A stretch of DNA of 64,000 nucleotides from positions 7,446-71,445 of the forward strand of contig CAYFMP010000010.1 of assembly GCA_964344215.1 (NCBI GenBank), read 5' to 3'. Positions 1 to 8,966 of the stretch are shown in pieces. Under the pieces are notes generated by a model. That model saw only the letters and a program-made list of their open reading frames with translations, was not told the DNA's origin and searched no databases. Positions within the stretch are counted from its first letter, which is position 1. Every line of letters begins with the position of its first letter. Source of the DNA: an uncultured Thalassospiraceae bacterium (GTDB taxonomy: Bacteria > Pseudomonadota > Alphaproteobacteria > Rhodospirillales > Casp-alpha2). The translations under genes and the position numbers were made by a program.

Positions 1-45
1 CCCTGGAAATCCCGTAGCCCGAAACCGCTCCGTCAGGCCAGCCAT
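1..45 (-). CDS. 5' end (15 codons, MAGLTERFRATGFPG) of an unidentified gene running off the left edge
   Basis: ATG at 43-45 on the minus strand with GGAGGA 3 nt upstream. Too short to classify. Confidence 0.3.
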   Translation of the reverse strand, partial: MAGLTERFRATGFPG

Positions 46-146
46 CGGTCCTCCGAAACTCGGCGATCTTCCCGATTGCCCGACGACGCAATGAGAGATC
101 GTTGCCGGGCGGTCCCGAAGCGGCGTAGGTCTACGTCGATCGCGAG

Positions 147-1046
147 TTACAAGCGAAACGGCTTGAGGCTCTGCTTGAAAGCCTCGACAAATTCGAGGGT
201 CGCGATCGAACGGGGCATGTAGGCCGGATAAAGGATATTGATCTGAAAGGGGATAGAGGGCTTGAAAGGTCTAATGACCAGGCCCTCGCTTTCGTATTCG
301 CGGGCATCGATTTCGCTGACCACGGACACGCCATAACCCTCGCTGACCATGATGCATGCCGGCGCGAACTGCCGCGTTTCGACAAGTCCCTTGAATTCCG
401 CTCCAACGGAATTGAAGGCCTGTTGCAGGGCGCCGTAGATGACATGGTCGCGGTTGTTGTGGATCAAGGGCAGGCCGTTCAGGTCTTTCGGCGTCACAAC
501 CTTCTTTTTTCCCAGCGGGTGTCCTTTGGGGGCGACGCAAACGGTGCGAATGAGGATGTCCTCCGATTCAATGGCCGGGTTTTCCTCGAACTTCTCCGAA
601 AGGCCGACATCGAACTGTTGAGCCGATATCCATTCCTGAATTCTCTCGGGCGCCCGCGGTTCCAAGGTCAAGGTCAGTCCAGGCCGTTCGTTCAAGAACC
701 TCGCCAACACTCTTGGAAGCAGCGAGGTCGCGAAACCCGGCAAACAGGCGACGCGCAAGTGACCGGCCTTTCTGTCCTGGATATCCTCTGTCAGTCGGGA
801 AATGTGGTTGAGATTGGCCAGCGCCTTCTCGACCTCGTCGAAGAGAACCCTGGCTTCCGGCGTCGTGCGTAAACGCCCCGAAAGACGTTGGAACAGGGAA
901 AAGCCAACGCTTTCCTCCAAGCTGGCGACCAGACGGCTGACGGCCGGCTGCGAGATCTTCAGGAACTTGGCGGCCTTCGTCATGTTGCCGTTGACGACGA
1001 CGGCGTGAAAAGCTTCGAGCTGACGGAGCGGAAGAGGCATGTCCAA
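147..1046 (-). CDS. LysR-family transcriptional regulator
   Basis: 299-aa ORF. N-terminal wHTH LRQLEAFHAVVVNGNMTKAAKFLKISQPAVSRLVASLEE is typical of LysR-type regulators. Divergent from the ugp operon. Confidence 0.9.
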   Translation of the reverse strand: MDMPLPLRQLEAFHAVVVNGNMTKAAKFLKISQPAVSRLVASLEESVGFSLFQRLSGRLRTTPEARVLFDEVEKALANLNHISRLTEDIQDRKAGHLRVACLPGFATSLLPRVLARFLNERPGLTLTLEPRAPERIQEWISAQQFDVGLSEKFEENPAIESEDILIRTVCVAPKGHPLGKKKVVTPKDLNGLPLIHNNRDHVIYGALQQAFNSVGAEFKGLVETRQFAPACIMVSEGYGVSVVSEIDAREYESEGLVIRPFKPSIPFQINILYPAYMPRSIATLEFVEAFKQSLKPFRL

Positions 1047-1306
1047 TTGTCCGAGCGTAAGGGCGGCAATACCTGATAATAATGCTCTATTATAATTTTG
1101 TCATATTAATTTACTTTGCATTATGCCCCGATTTCCCCTAAGTTTGTTGGTGTTCGAATTGACTGGTCTGGATTCTGTGCTCGCAGGTCAGGGGTTTCCA
1201 TCGGTTCTTGACGAAGGGCACCTGATATCCACGTTATAAATCAATAACTTAGTGGAGAGGGTCAGAAACGTTCAGAGCGACCCTCGATCAGCTAGGGAGG
1301 AAACAG
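1047..1306. promoter_or_regulatory. Divergent LysR/ugpB control region
   Basis: 260-bp intergenic region with an AT-rich core at 1075-1135. TTGACG at 1208-1213 has TA-rich -10 candidates 17-21 nt downstream. A 7-bp stem GAGGGTC/GACCCTC (1257-1285) sits just before the ugpB SD GGGAGG (1295-1300). TTGTCAT (1098-1104) resembles one Pho-box half-site. Confidence 0.35.
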
Positions 1307-2620
1307 ATGAATCACACGAGGACAATTCTCGGCGTTCTTACGGCCGTCATGGTCGGTGGACTTTCCGCATCGGCCTTGGCCGCCACGGAGATCCAGTGGT
1401 GGCATGCCATGGGCGGGGTCAACGGCGATCGCGTCAACAAGATCGCCAACGATTTCAATGCGACGCAATCCGATTTCAAGGTCGTGCCCGTCTACAAGGG
1501 CAACTATACCGAGACGATGACCGCCGCGGTCGCTGCCTTCCGGGCCAAGCAACAGCCCCACATCGTGCAGGTGTTCGAGGTCGGCACGGCGACGATGATG
1601 GCCGCCAAGGGCGCCGTCTATCCGGTCGAACAGGTCATGAAGGATGCCGGAGAGCCTTTCGACAAGTCCGTCTATCTTCCGGCCGTGATCAGCTATTACC
1701 AGACCTCGAAAGGCGAGCTTCTTTCGATGCCGTTCAACAGTTCGACGCCGGTGCTTTGGTACAACAGGGATGCCTTCAAGAAGGCCGGCATTTCATCGCC
1801 GCCGAAAACCTGGGACGACATGAAGAGCGCGTCCGAGAAACTGGTCGCCGCCGGCTATAAATGCGGTTTCTCGTTCGGATGGCAGTCCTGGGTGATGATC
1901 GAGAATTACAGCGCCTGGCACAATCTTCCGACCGGAACCAAGGAAAACGGTTTTGCCGGTTTGGATACCGAGTTCACCTTCAACAACGGCGCCGTTAAGA
2001 AACGTCTTGCCAGCATTGCCGATTGGTCCAAGAACAAGCTGTTCACCTACGGCGGGCGACGCGGCGACAGCCTTTCCATGTACACCAATGCCGAATGCGG
2101 CATGTGGATGAACTCGTCGGCCTATTACGGCAGCATCAAGAAGCAGGCCAAATTCGACTTCGCCCAGACCATGCTTCCTCTGGACACGGATGTCGCCGGC
2201 AAACCGCAGAATTCAATCATCGGCGGCGCCACCTTGTGGGTGCTTAGAGGGCACGACAAGGGCGACTACAAGGGGGTCGCCAAGTTCATGACCTACATGT
2301 CGTCGCCCGAGGTCCAGGCCTGGTGGCATCAGGAAACGGGATACGTGCCGATCACCACCCCGGCTTACGAGCTATCCAAGAAACAGGGGTTCTACGACAA
2401 GAACCCGGGCACCGACACGGCCATCAAACAGCTCAGCCTGAACGCTCCGACCCCGAACTCGCGTGGCTTGCGTTACGGAAGCTTCGTGCAGATCAGGGAC
2501 ATCCTCAACGAAGAGATGGAAGCGATCTGGAACGGCTCGAAGACGGCGGTCAAGGCGCTCGACGATGCCGCGGCGCGTGGTAACAAGCTGCTCAGAAAGT
2601 TCGAAAAAGCCCACGATTAA
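1307..2620 (+). CDS. ugpB: sn-glycerol-3-phosphate ABC transporter substrate-binding protein
   Basis: 437 aa with a signal peptide (ILGVLTAVMVGGLSASALA) and a family-1 SBP pattern (EIQWWHAMGG...). SD GGGAGG upstream. Followed by two MalFG-type permeases and an ATPase. Confidence 0.88.
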   Translation: MNHTRTILGVLTAVMVGGLSASALAATEIQWWHAMGGVNGDRVNKIANDFNATQSDFKVVPVYKGNYTETMTAAVAAFRAKQQPHIVQVFEVGTATMMAAKGAVYPVEQVMKDAGEPFDKSVYLPAVISYYQTSKGELLSMPFNSSTPVLWYNRDAFKKAGISSPPKTWDDMKSASEKLVAAGYKCGFSFGWQSWVMIENYSAWHNLPTGTKENGFAGLDTEFTFNNGAVKKRLASIADWSKNKLFTYGGRRGDSLSMYTNAECGMWMNSSAYYGSIKKQAKFDFAQTMLPLDTDVAGKPQNSIIGGATLWVLRGHDKGDYKGVAKFMTYMSSPEVQAWWHQETGYVPITTPAYELSKKQGFYDKNPGTDTAIKQLSLNAPTPNSRGLRYGSFVQIRDILNEEMEAIWNGSKTAVKALDDAAARGNKLLRKFEKAHD

Positions 2621-2723
2621 GAACCTCCCTAGGTTGACGTTCCCTGTCCCCGGCCTTTGCTTCGGCCGGGGACAGGGAATACGTTAACCGACACGCGGCT
2701 TATCGACATACGGGCTTTCCGAC

Positions 2724-3605
2724 ATGCTAAAACGCGTCCATTTCGGACCATCCGTGTTGCCGTTCGCTCTCGTCGCCCCGCAGATCGTCATCACGGTGGT
2801 GTTCTTCCTGTGGCCGGCGAGCCAAGCGCTCTATCAGTCGCTGCTGGTCGAAGACGCCTTCGGACTGAGCACGGAGTTCGTCTGGTTCGACAATTTCAGC
2901 GAGTTGGTTCAGGACGAGCATTACCTGGGTTCCTTCCAGCGCACGGTCCTGTTCTCGTTCTCCGTCGCCTTCCTGTCGATGGCGTTTGCATTGACGCTGG
3001 CGGCGATGGCCGACCGCGTGATCAAGGGAGCGACCACCTACCGGACACTGCTGATTTGGCCCTATGCGGTGGCCCCGGTCATCTCCGGGGCGCTCTGGGT
3101 GTTCATGTACGATCCGACGCTTGGCATCATCACCTATTCGCTGGGCGCCATGGGCTACGAATGGAACCACAAGCTCAACGGTACCGAAGCGATGATTCTG
3201 GTGATTATCGCTTCGGCCTGGAAGCAGGTCGCCTACAATTTCCTGTTCTTCCTGGCCGGCATGCAGGCGATTCCGAAATCCCTGATCGAAGCCGCGGCGA
3301 TAGACGGCGCCGGCCCGGCGCGGCGGTTCTTCACCATCATCTTCCCGCTGATCTCGCCGACCACGTTCTTCCTGTTGGTGATGAACGTCGTCTACGCGTT
3401 TTTCGAGACCTTCGGAATCGTCCACGCCGTCACCCAGGGCGGCCCCGCCAAGGCAACCGAGATACTGGTCTACAAGGTCTTCAACGACGGTTTCATCGGA
3501 CTTGATCTCGGCGGTTCGGCAGCGCAGTCGGTCGTCCTCATGCTGATCGTCATTTCGCTGACCGTCATCCAGTTCCGCTACGTCGAGAAGAAGGTCGAGT
3601 ACTGA
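2724..3605 (+). CDS. ugpA: sn-glycerol-3-phosphate ABC transporter permease
   Basis: 293 aa, multi-TM, with an EAA-loop region ([24 protein letters not shown]). Confidence 0.88.
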   Translation: MLKRVHFGPSVLPFALVAPQIVITVVFFLWPASQALYQSLLVEDAFGLSTEFVWFDNFSELVQDEHYLGSFQRTVLFSFSVAFLSMAFALTLAAMADRVIKGATTYRTLLIWPYAVAPVISGALWVFMYDPTLGIITYSLGAMGYEWNHKLNGTEAMILVIIASAWKQVAYNFLFFLAGMQAIPKSLIEAAAIDGAGPARRFFTIIFPLISPTTFFLLVMNVVYAFFETFGIVHAVTQGGPAKATEILVYKVFNDGFIGLDLGGSAAQSVVLMLIVISLTVIQFRYVEKKVEY

Positions 3606-4453
3606 TGATCGAGCACCGGCCCGTCGTCACCTTCATCTCCCATGTCGTCCTGATCTTCGGCGTGATGATCATCGCTTTTCCGATCTGGATTACCTTCGTC
3701 GCGTCGACCCACGATTCCGTTCGAATGGTGCAGATTCCGTTGCCGCTCCTCCCGGGTGATCAGTTTTTCATCAACTTGCGGGACACCTTGACCAAAGGCC
3801 TCGAGGGCGCCGGCGCGCCGCCGGTCGGATTCATGATGATCAACAGCCTGATCATGGCCCTGATGATCGCCACCGGAAAGATCGCCATCTCTCTGTTGTC
3901 GGCGTTCGCCATCGTCTACTTCCGGTTCCCCTTCCGGATGGGGTTCTTCTGGATGATTTTCATCACCCTGATGCTGCCGGTCGAGGTCCGCATCCTGCCG
4001 ACCTTCGAGGTGGTCGCCAACCTCGGCATGCTCAATACCTATTGGGGATTGAGCATTCCGTTGATCGCCTCGGCGACGGCGACCTTCATGTTCCGTCAGG
4101 TGTTCCTCACCATACCCGATGAACTGTTGGAAGCGGCCCGCATCGACGGCGCCGGTCCGATGAGGTTCTTCGTGGACATCCTGGTTCCCTTGTCGCGCAC
4201 CAATATCGCGGCCCTGTTCGTCATCCTTTTCATCTATGGTTGGAACCAGTATCTGTGGCCGCTCCTGGTGACCACGGATCAGAGCATGTACACCGTGGTC
4301 ATGGGCATCAAGCAGATGCTGGAAGCCGCCGAACAGTCCCCCGACTGGCATTTGATCATGATGACTTCGCTGCTGGCCATGTTGCCACCGGTATTGGTGG
4401 TGCTGATCATGCAGAGGCTGTTCGTCAAAGGTCTGACCGAAACGGAGAAATAG
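3605..4453 (+). CDS. ugpE: sn-glycerol-3-phosphate ABC transporter permease
   Basis: 282 aa, multi-TM, with an EAA loop ([22 protein letters not shown]). The start overlaps the ugpA stop (TGATG). Confidence 0.88.
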   Translation: MIEHRPVVTFISHVVLIFGVMIIAFPIWITFVASTHDSVRMVQIPLPLLPGDQFFINLRDTLTKGLEGAGAPPVGFMMINSLIMALMIATGKIAISLLSAFAIVYFRFPFRMGFFWMIFITLMLPVEVRILPTFEVVANLGMLNTYWGLSIPLIASATATFMFRQVFLTIPDELLEAARIDGAGPMRFFVDILVPLSRTNIAALFVILFIYGWNQYLWPLLVTTDQSMYTVVMGIKQMLEAAEQSPDWHLIMMTSLLAMLPPVLVVLIMQRLFVKGLTETEK

Positions 4454-4463
4454 GGAGCCGTCC

Positions 4464-5546
4464 ATGGCCCGCGTCAACCTGGAAAACGTCAAGAAAACCT
4501 ACCCCAACGGCTTCAAGGCGATTCACGGCGTCGACGTCGACGTGGCGGAGGGCGAGTTCATCGTGTTGGTCGGCCCATCGGGCTGCGGCAAATCCACTTT
4601 GCTTCGCATGGTTGCCGGTCTGGAAACCGTTACCGAGGGCACCATTACGATCGGCGATCGCCAGGTCAACGACCTGGAGCCGGCTGATCGCGACATCGCC
4701 ATGGTCTTCCAGAACTACGCCCTCTATCCGCATATGAACGTCTACGCGAACATGGCCTATGGGTTGAAGATCAGGGGACTCCCGAAGAACGAGATCGACG
4801 CGAGGGTCAAGAAGGCGGCCGGGATTCTGGAGTTGACGGACGAACAACTGGAACGCAAGCCCCGCCAACTGAGCGGCGGACAGCGCCAGCGCGTGGCCAT
4901 GGGCCGCGCCATCGTCCGCGAACCAAGCGTGTTTCTGTTCGATGAGCCGCTATCGAATCTGGATGCCAAGCTTCGGGTGCAGATGCGCATCGAAATCAAG
5001 AAACTTCAGGAACGGTTGGGAATCACCAGTATCTACGTCACCCACGACCAGGTCGAGGCGATGACCCTCGGCCACCGCCTGATGGTCCTCAACGCGGGTA
5101 TCGTCGAGCAACTGGGAACGCCCATCGAGCTTTATGAAAGACCGGCGTCGATGTTCGTCGCCGGTTTCATCGGCTCTCCTGCAATGAACTTCGCGAAAGC
5201 CCGGATCACGAACGACGGATCGGCGGTTGAGGTGTCCGGCGGCGATCGTTTGAATCTCGACGGCGCCCTTGCCGCCGAAGCCGGCCGCGACGTTGTCCTT
5301 GGCATACGGCCGGAGCATCTGGAATTGGCCGAGGACGGCGAAGGGACCGCTCATCTGACGGTTAGCCTGGTCGAGCAACTGGGGGCCGATACGTTGATCC
5401 ATGGGCATTTCGGCAGCGACCAAACCGATCTGACCATTCGAATAGGCGGCACGCGGGCGCTGTCGGCGGGCGAGATTCTGCCGCTTCGCGTCGAGCCGCG
5501 TCACCTTCATCTGTTCGATCGGCAGACTGAAAAACGGCTTGGTTGA
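4464..5546 (+). CDS. ugpC: sn-glycerol-3-phosphate ABC transporter ATP-binding protein
   Basis: 360 aa. Walker [10 protein letters not shown], signature LSGGQRQR, Walker [13 protein letters not shown], and a MalK-like C-terminal regulatory domain. Confidence 0.92.
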   Translation: MARVNLENVKKTYPNGFKAIHGVDVDVAEGEFIVLVGPSGCGKSTLLRMVAGLETVTEGTITIGDRQVNDLEPADRDIAMVFQNYALYPHMNVYANMAYGLKIRGLPKNEIDARVKKAAGILELTDEQLERKPRQLSGGQRQRVAMGRAIVREPSVFLFDEPLSNLDAKLRVQMRIEIKKLQERLGITSIYVTHDQVEAMTLGHRLMVLNAGIVEQLGTPIELYERPASMFVAGFIGSPAMNFAKARITNDGSAVEVSGGDRLNLDGALAAEAGRDVVLGIRPEHLELAEDGEGTAHLTVSLVEQLGADTLIHGHFGSDQTDLTIRIGGTRALSAGEILPLRVEPRHLHLFDRQTEKRLG

Positions 5547-5569
5547 ATGCGATCCTCGGAACACCGCGT

Positions 5570-6562
5570 ATGCGAGCACAGATAACCGCCGGACTAATTG
5601 CGATGATGACAATGAGCGCTGCAGCGGCCGCCGCTGACTTCGATCTCCAGGGCCATCGCGGCGCGCGGGGGTTGGCGCCGGAGAACACGCTGTCGGGGTT
5701 CGCTCGGGCCCTCGGTATAGGCGTCGGTACGCTAGAACTGGACACCGGCGTAAGCGCCGATGGCGTCGTGGTCGTTATTCACAATCCACGGCTCGAGCCG
5801 GATATCGCACGGGACGCAATGGGTCGCTGGCTGGACGAAAGCAGTCCGCCGATCCACACCCTCGAGGTCGAAAAGATCAAGACCTATGACGTTGGTCGCC
5901 TTAACCCCGCCCGCCGCTATGCCAGCCGGTTTCCCGACCAGGTTCCGGTCGACGGCGCGCGGGTGCCGACTTTGGCCGAAACCTTCGAGTTGGTGAAGAG
6001 GTCGGGAAACCATGAAGTTCGTTTCAATATAGAAACCAAGCTCAACCCGCTGAAACCGCAAAACGCGCCATCGCCGGAGACGTTCGTCGAGGCGATCCTG
6101 AAGGTCGTGCGCGAATACGGCTTCGAGAACAGGGTGAGCATACAGTCGTTCGATTGGCAGACCTTGAAAGCCGTGCAGCATCTGGCTCCCAAGGTTCGGA
6201 CGTCTTACCTGACGGCCGCGCAATCGTGGGCCAACAATCTACGCCCCGGCGAACCGGGTCCGTCTCCCTGGCTTGGCGGTTACGATATCGATGCGTTCGA
6301 TGGCAGCGCGCCGGCCGCGGTGAAGGCGGCCGGTGGCGATATCTGGTCCTCCTATCACCGTGAAGTCACGGCCGACAATATCGAGAGAGCGCACGAACTC
6401 GGCCTATTGGTCAAGGTGTGGACGGTCAATGAGCGTGACCGCATGGAAACACTCATCGACATGGGCGTTGACGGTATCATTACCGATTACCCGGACATCC
6501 TGCGCGAGGTCATGGTGGACCGGGGTATGCCTGTCCCGCCGGCCACCCCGGTCGCGCCCTGA
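5570..6562 (+). CDS. Secreted glycerophosphodiester phosphodiesterase (GDPD family)
   Basis: Signal peptide MRAQITAGLIAMMTMSAAAAAA, then the GDPD motif QGHRGARGLAPENT. An alternative TTG start at 5543 overlaps the ugpC stop. Confidence 0.85.
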   Translation: MRAQITAGLIAMMTMSAAAAAADFDLQGHRGARGLAPENTLSGFARALGIGVGTLELDTGVSADGVVVVIHNPRLEPDIARDAMGRWLDESSPPIHTLEVEKIKTYDVGRLNPARRYASRFPDQVPVDGARVPTLAETFELVKRSGNHEVRFNIETKLNPLKPQNAPSPETFVEAILKVVREYGFENRVSIQSFDWQTLKAVQHLAPKVRTSYLTAAQSWANNLRPGEPGPSPWLGGYDIDAFDGSAPAAVKAAGGDIWSSYHREVTADNIERAHELGLLVKVWTVNERDRMETLIDMGVDGIITDYPDILREVMVDRGMPVPPATPVAP

Positions 6563-6585
6563 GGCGCTCCGACCCGTCCGCGCGC

Positions 6586-7635
6586 TCACTGCTGCTTGAA
6601 GATGTCCTCGGGCAGTATCTTGGCCAGCGTGTCGCGGGCCTTGGCCGCCTTCTCGTCGCCGAGGTTGGCGGCGCGGTCGATCCACATGAACGCCTGCAGG
6701 TCGTCCTTGTCGACGCCTTTCCCCTCGTAATAGAGGAAACCCAGGTTGTATTGGGCGGCGGCGTGGTCCTGCTCGCCGGCCTTGCGGAACCATTCGGCCG
6801 CTTTGGCGAAATCCTGTTCCATGCCCTGGCCCAGGTAGTTCATGATGCCGAGGTTGTACTGGGCGCCGGCGTGGCCCTTTTCGGCGGCGCGCTCGAACCA
6901 GTTGGCGGCGACCGCGTAGTCCTTCGGCACGCTGATCCCCTTGTAGTAGAGCAGTCCGCGCTTGTGGTCGGCGTCGGCGTCCATCTGCTGGAGTTCCGGC
7001 TGAGCCGGCGATGCCGGCTCGGGCGTCGGCGTCGCCGGCAAGGCGGCCTGTTGCTGCGGCGCCGGCTGTTCGGCCGGCATCGGTTCGGGTTGCGGCTCGA
7101 CTGTCGGCATCGGTTCGGGCTGCGGCTCGGCCGTCGGCATCGGCTCGGGTTGTGCTGCAGGCGCGGACTCCGGCACCGGTTCCGGCTCTGCGGTCGCCAC
7201 CTGTTCGGCCGCCGCCATCGGCTCGGCCGCTGGCATCGGCTCGGGCTGCGCGGCGGTCATGGGGATGGGCTCGGGCTGTGCCGACATCGGCTCGGGTTGC
7301 GCCGCCGCCGCCTCATCGGTTGCGGGCATGGCGGCGGGTTTGCGGCGCACCGGCTCGAGTTCGATGACGACCCTGGGCACGCCGCTCATCGAGCCCAGAC
7401 CGACGATATCGCGATAAGTCGATTTGACCGCGTAGAAGGCGTCGTCGATCTCGTAGGCGACGTCCTCCAGGACTTTGTGTTTGAGGGAAATGATGTCGTC
7501 CGTGTAGGCGCCGACGACGGGCAGGCTGCCGAGGGACGATGAAAGGGTCGAGTCGGGAATGGCGAGAACGGCGCCACCCAGAGCCAAAGCCACAAGAACG
7601 ACGATCCCGGCGATGATTTTCGGTATTCGCTTCAA
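6586..7635 (-). CDS. Membrane-anchored Sel1-repeat protein with a Pro/Glu-rich repeat linker
   Basis: 349 aa with a TTG start and an N-terminal TM (IIAGIVVLVALALGGAVLA). Central (A)QPEPMP-type repeats. C-terminal Sel1 repeats (GHAGAQYNLGIMNYLGQG, DHAAAQYNLGFLYYEGKG). Confidence 0.8.
   Translation of the reverse strand: MKRIPKIIAGIVVLVALALGGAVLAIPDSTLSSSLGSLPVVGAYTDDIISLKHKVLEDVAYEIDDAFYAVKSTYRDIVGLGSMSGVPRVVIELEPVRRKPAAMPATDEAAAAQPEPMSAQPEPIPMTAAQPEPMPAAEPMAAAEQVATAEPEPVPESAPAAQPEPMPTAEPQPEPMPTVEPQPEPMPAEQPAPQQQAALPATPTPEPASPAQPELQQMDADADHKRGLLYYKGISVPKDYAVAANWFERAAEKGHAGAQYNLGIMNYLGQGMEQDFAKAAEWFRKAGEQDHAAAQYNLGFLYYEGKGVDKDDLQAFMWIDRAANLGDEKAAKARDTLAKILPEDIFKQQ
7076..7165. repeat. Tandem 30-bp coding repeat (about 3 units; degenerate copies extend to about 7310)
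   Basis: Units 7076-7105 and 7106-7135 match at 27/30 nt (ggcatcggttcgggYtgcggctcgRcYgtc). They encode PTxEPQPEPM decapeptides on the minus strand. Confidence 0.75.
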
Positions 7636-7845
7636 CCGCGGATGTCCCCCAAGTGACCGAATTTCGAGGGCAGTCCGCCGTCGCCGGGGACCGCCAGCCT
7701 AAGTGGCTCCGGGCATTATACCCGGCGCGCCCCCGGTTTGAATTGCAATTGTGAGGGAAGTTCCTATCTGCTTGTTCCGGCCAACCGACGGTGCTTTAAC
7801 ACCCCTTCGGCCTGCCGCCCGCCAATCTCGACAAGGAGACACGAC

Positions 7846-8145
7846 ATGCCCGACGAAGTCCGCGCTTCCCATATCCTGCGTTCGACCAACGGACGCTCGA
7901 AGGAGGACGCGCTCAAGGAAATCAACGATATCAAGGCAGAGATCGAGCAAGGCTCGGATTTCGCCGACCTTGCCCGCGAGCATTCCGACTGCCCGTCCGG
8001 GCGGCGCGGCGGCGACCTCGGCGAATTCGGCCGCGGCGCCATGGTACCGGAATTCGAGGAAGCGGCGTTCAGCCTCGAAGTCGACGAGGTCAGCGACGCC
8101 GTCGAGACCGATTTCGGTTATCACCTGATCCTGCGCACCGCGTAG
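7846..8145 (+). CDS. ppiC: Parvulin-type peptidyl-prolyl cis-trans isomerase
   Basis: 99 aa from the ATG at 7846 (SD AAGGAG at 7833-7838). Motifs SHIL, CPSGRRGGDLGEFGRGAMVPEFEEAAF and FGYHLI are as in PpiC/Par10. Confidence 0.85.
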   Translation: MPDEVRASHILRSTNGRSKEDALKEINDIKAEIEQGSDFADLAREHSDCPSGRRGGDLGEFGRGAMVPEFEEAAFSLEVDEVSDAVETDFGYHLILRTA

Positions 8146-8156
8146 AGACCGCCTTC

Positions 8157-8495
8157 TCAGACGATCTCGCCATCGGGCCGGTAACGCCGCTGCGGGTCCT
8201 CGATCTCCAGAACCCAGAGATCAGGGTCGAACTTCACCTGGCGTTCGATGTAGGCATCGGCTTCGGTCTCCCCGACCGGCGCTTCGCCGGTGCCGCGCAT
8301 CCAGGCCCGCGCGCCGTCCGCCGTGCGGACCTGCGACAGAACCTCGACGCCGTCACCCAGGCGGTTGAGCTTGATCAGCACGACGCCGGCGTCCGGGTCG
8401 CCGCGCCTGACGACGATGGCCGGCATCAGGTTGACGTCGCACATCCTGATCTGCGCCTTGATCCACACGCCTGCCTTGAGAGCCGCTTCCGCCAC
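8157..8495 (-). CDS. DUF1491-family protein
   Basis: 112 aa from the GTG at 8493-8495 (AAGGA upstream). LKAGVWIKAQIRMCD...VLIKLNRL...FDPDLWVLEIED matches my memory of the alphaproteobacterial DUF1491 pattern. The longer 190-aa ORF has an Arg-rich, non-protein-like N-terminus. Confidence 0.65.
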   Translation of the reverse strand: MAEAALKAGVWIKAQIRMCDVNLMPAIVVRRGDPDAGVVLIKLNRLGDGVEVLSQVRTADGARAWMRGTGEAPVGETEADAYIERQVKFDPDLWVLEIEDPQRRYRPDGEIV

Positions 8496-8564
8496 GCCGC
8501 CGTCCTTTCCTCGTCGAGCCCGAGCCCCTAACCTTACCCGATCGTGATTTGGCGGAGCAAAGGG

Positions 8565-8966
8565 ATGTTCGAACTGCACGAGCGCCTTGAGTCCGATACC
8601 GAGTTGCTGGCCGAGTGGTCGCTGTCGAGCGTTTTGCTGATGCGCGACGCCGCCTATCCGTGGCTGATCCTGGTGCCGGCGCGCCCGCGGCTCCGCCATC
8701 TGCACGACCTCTCGGCGGCCGATCGCCAAACGGCGATGAACGAGATCGCCCGCGCCTCAGAAGCCCTGCAAACCCTCTACCGGCCCGACAAGATCAACGT
8801 GGCGGCGCTCGGCAACGTCGTCGATCAGTTGCACATCCACGTCATTGCCCGATTTCGCTCCGACCCGGCCTGGCCGGGGCCGGTGTGGGGCGCGCAACCG
8901 CCGACGGCCTATGGCGCGGCCGAGTTGGCCGAAACCGTCGCGAGGTTGCGCGAAGTTCTTGACTAG
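8565..8966 (+). CDS. HIT-family (histidine triad) protein
   Basis: 133 aa from the ATG at 8565 (GGAG 9 nt upstream). Histidine triad QLHIHVIAR. Confidence 0.8.
   Translation: MFELHERLESDTELLAEWSLSSVLLMRDAAYPWLILVPARPRLRHLHDLSAADRQTAMNEIARASEALQTLYRPDKINVAALGNVVDQLHIHVIARFRSDPAWPGPVWGAQPPTAYGAAELAETVARLREVLD

Noticed and set aside
7741-7750. Perfect 10-bp palindrome AATTGCAATT upstream of the parvulin gene.
   Set aside because: It is too short to distinguish from chance in a 210-bp spacer, and it matches no operator consensus I know.
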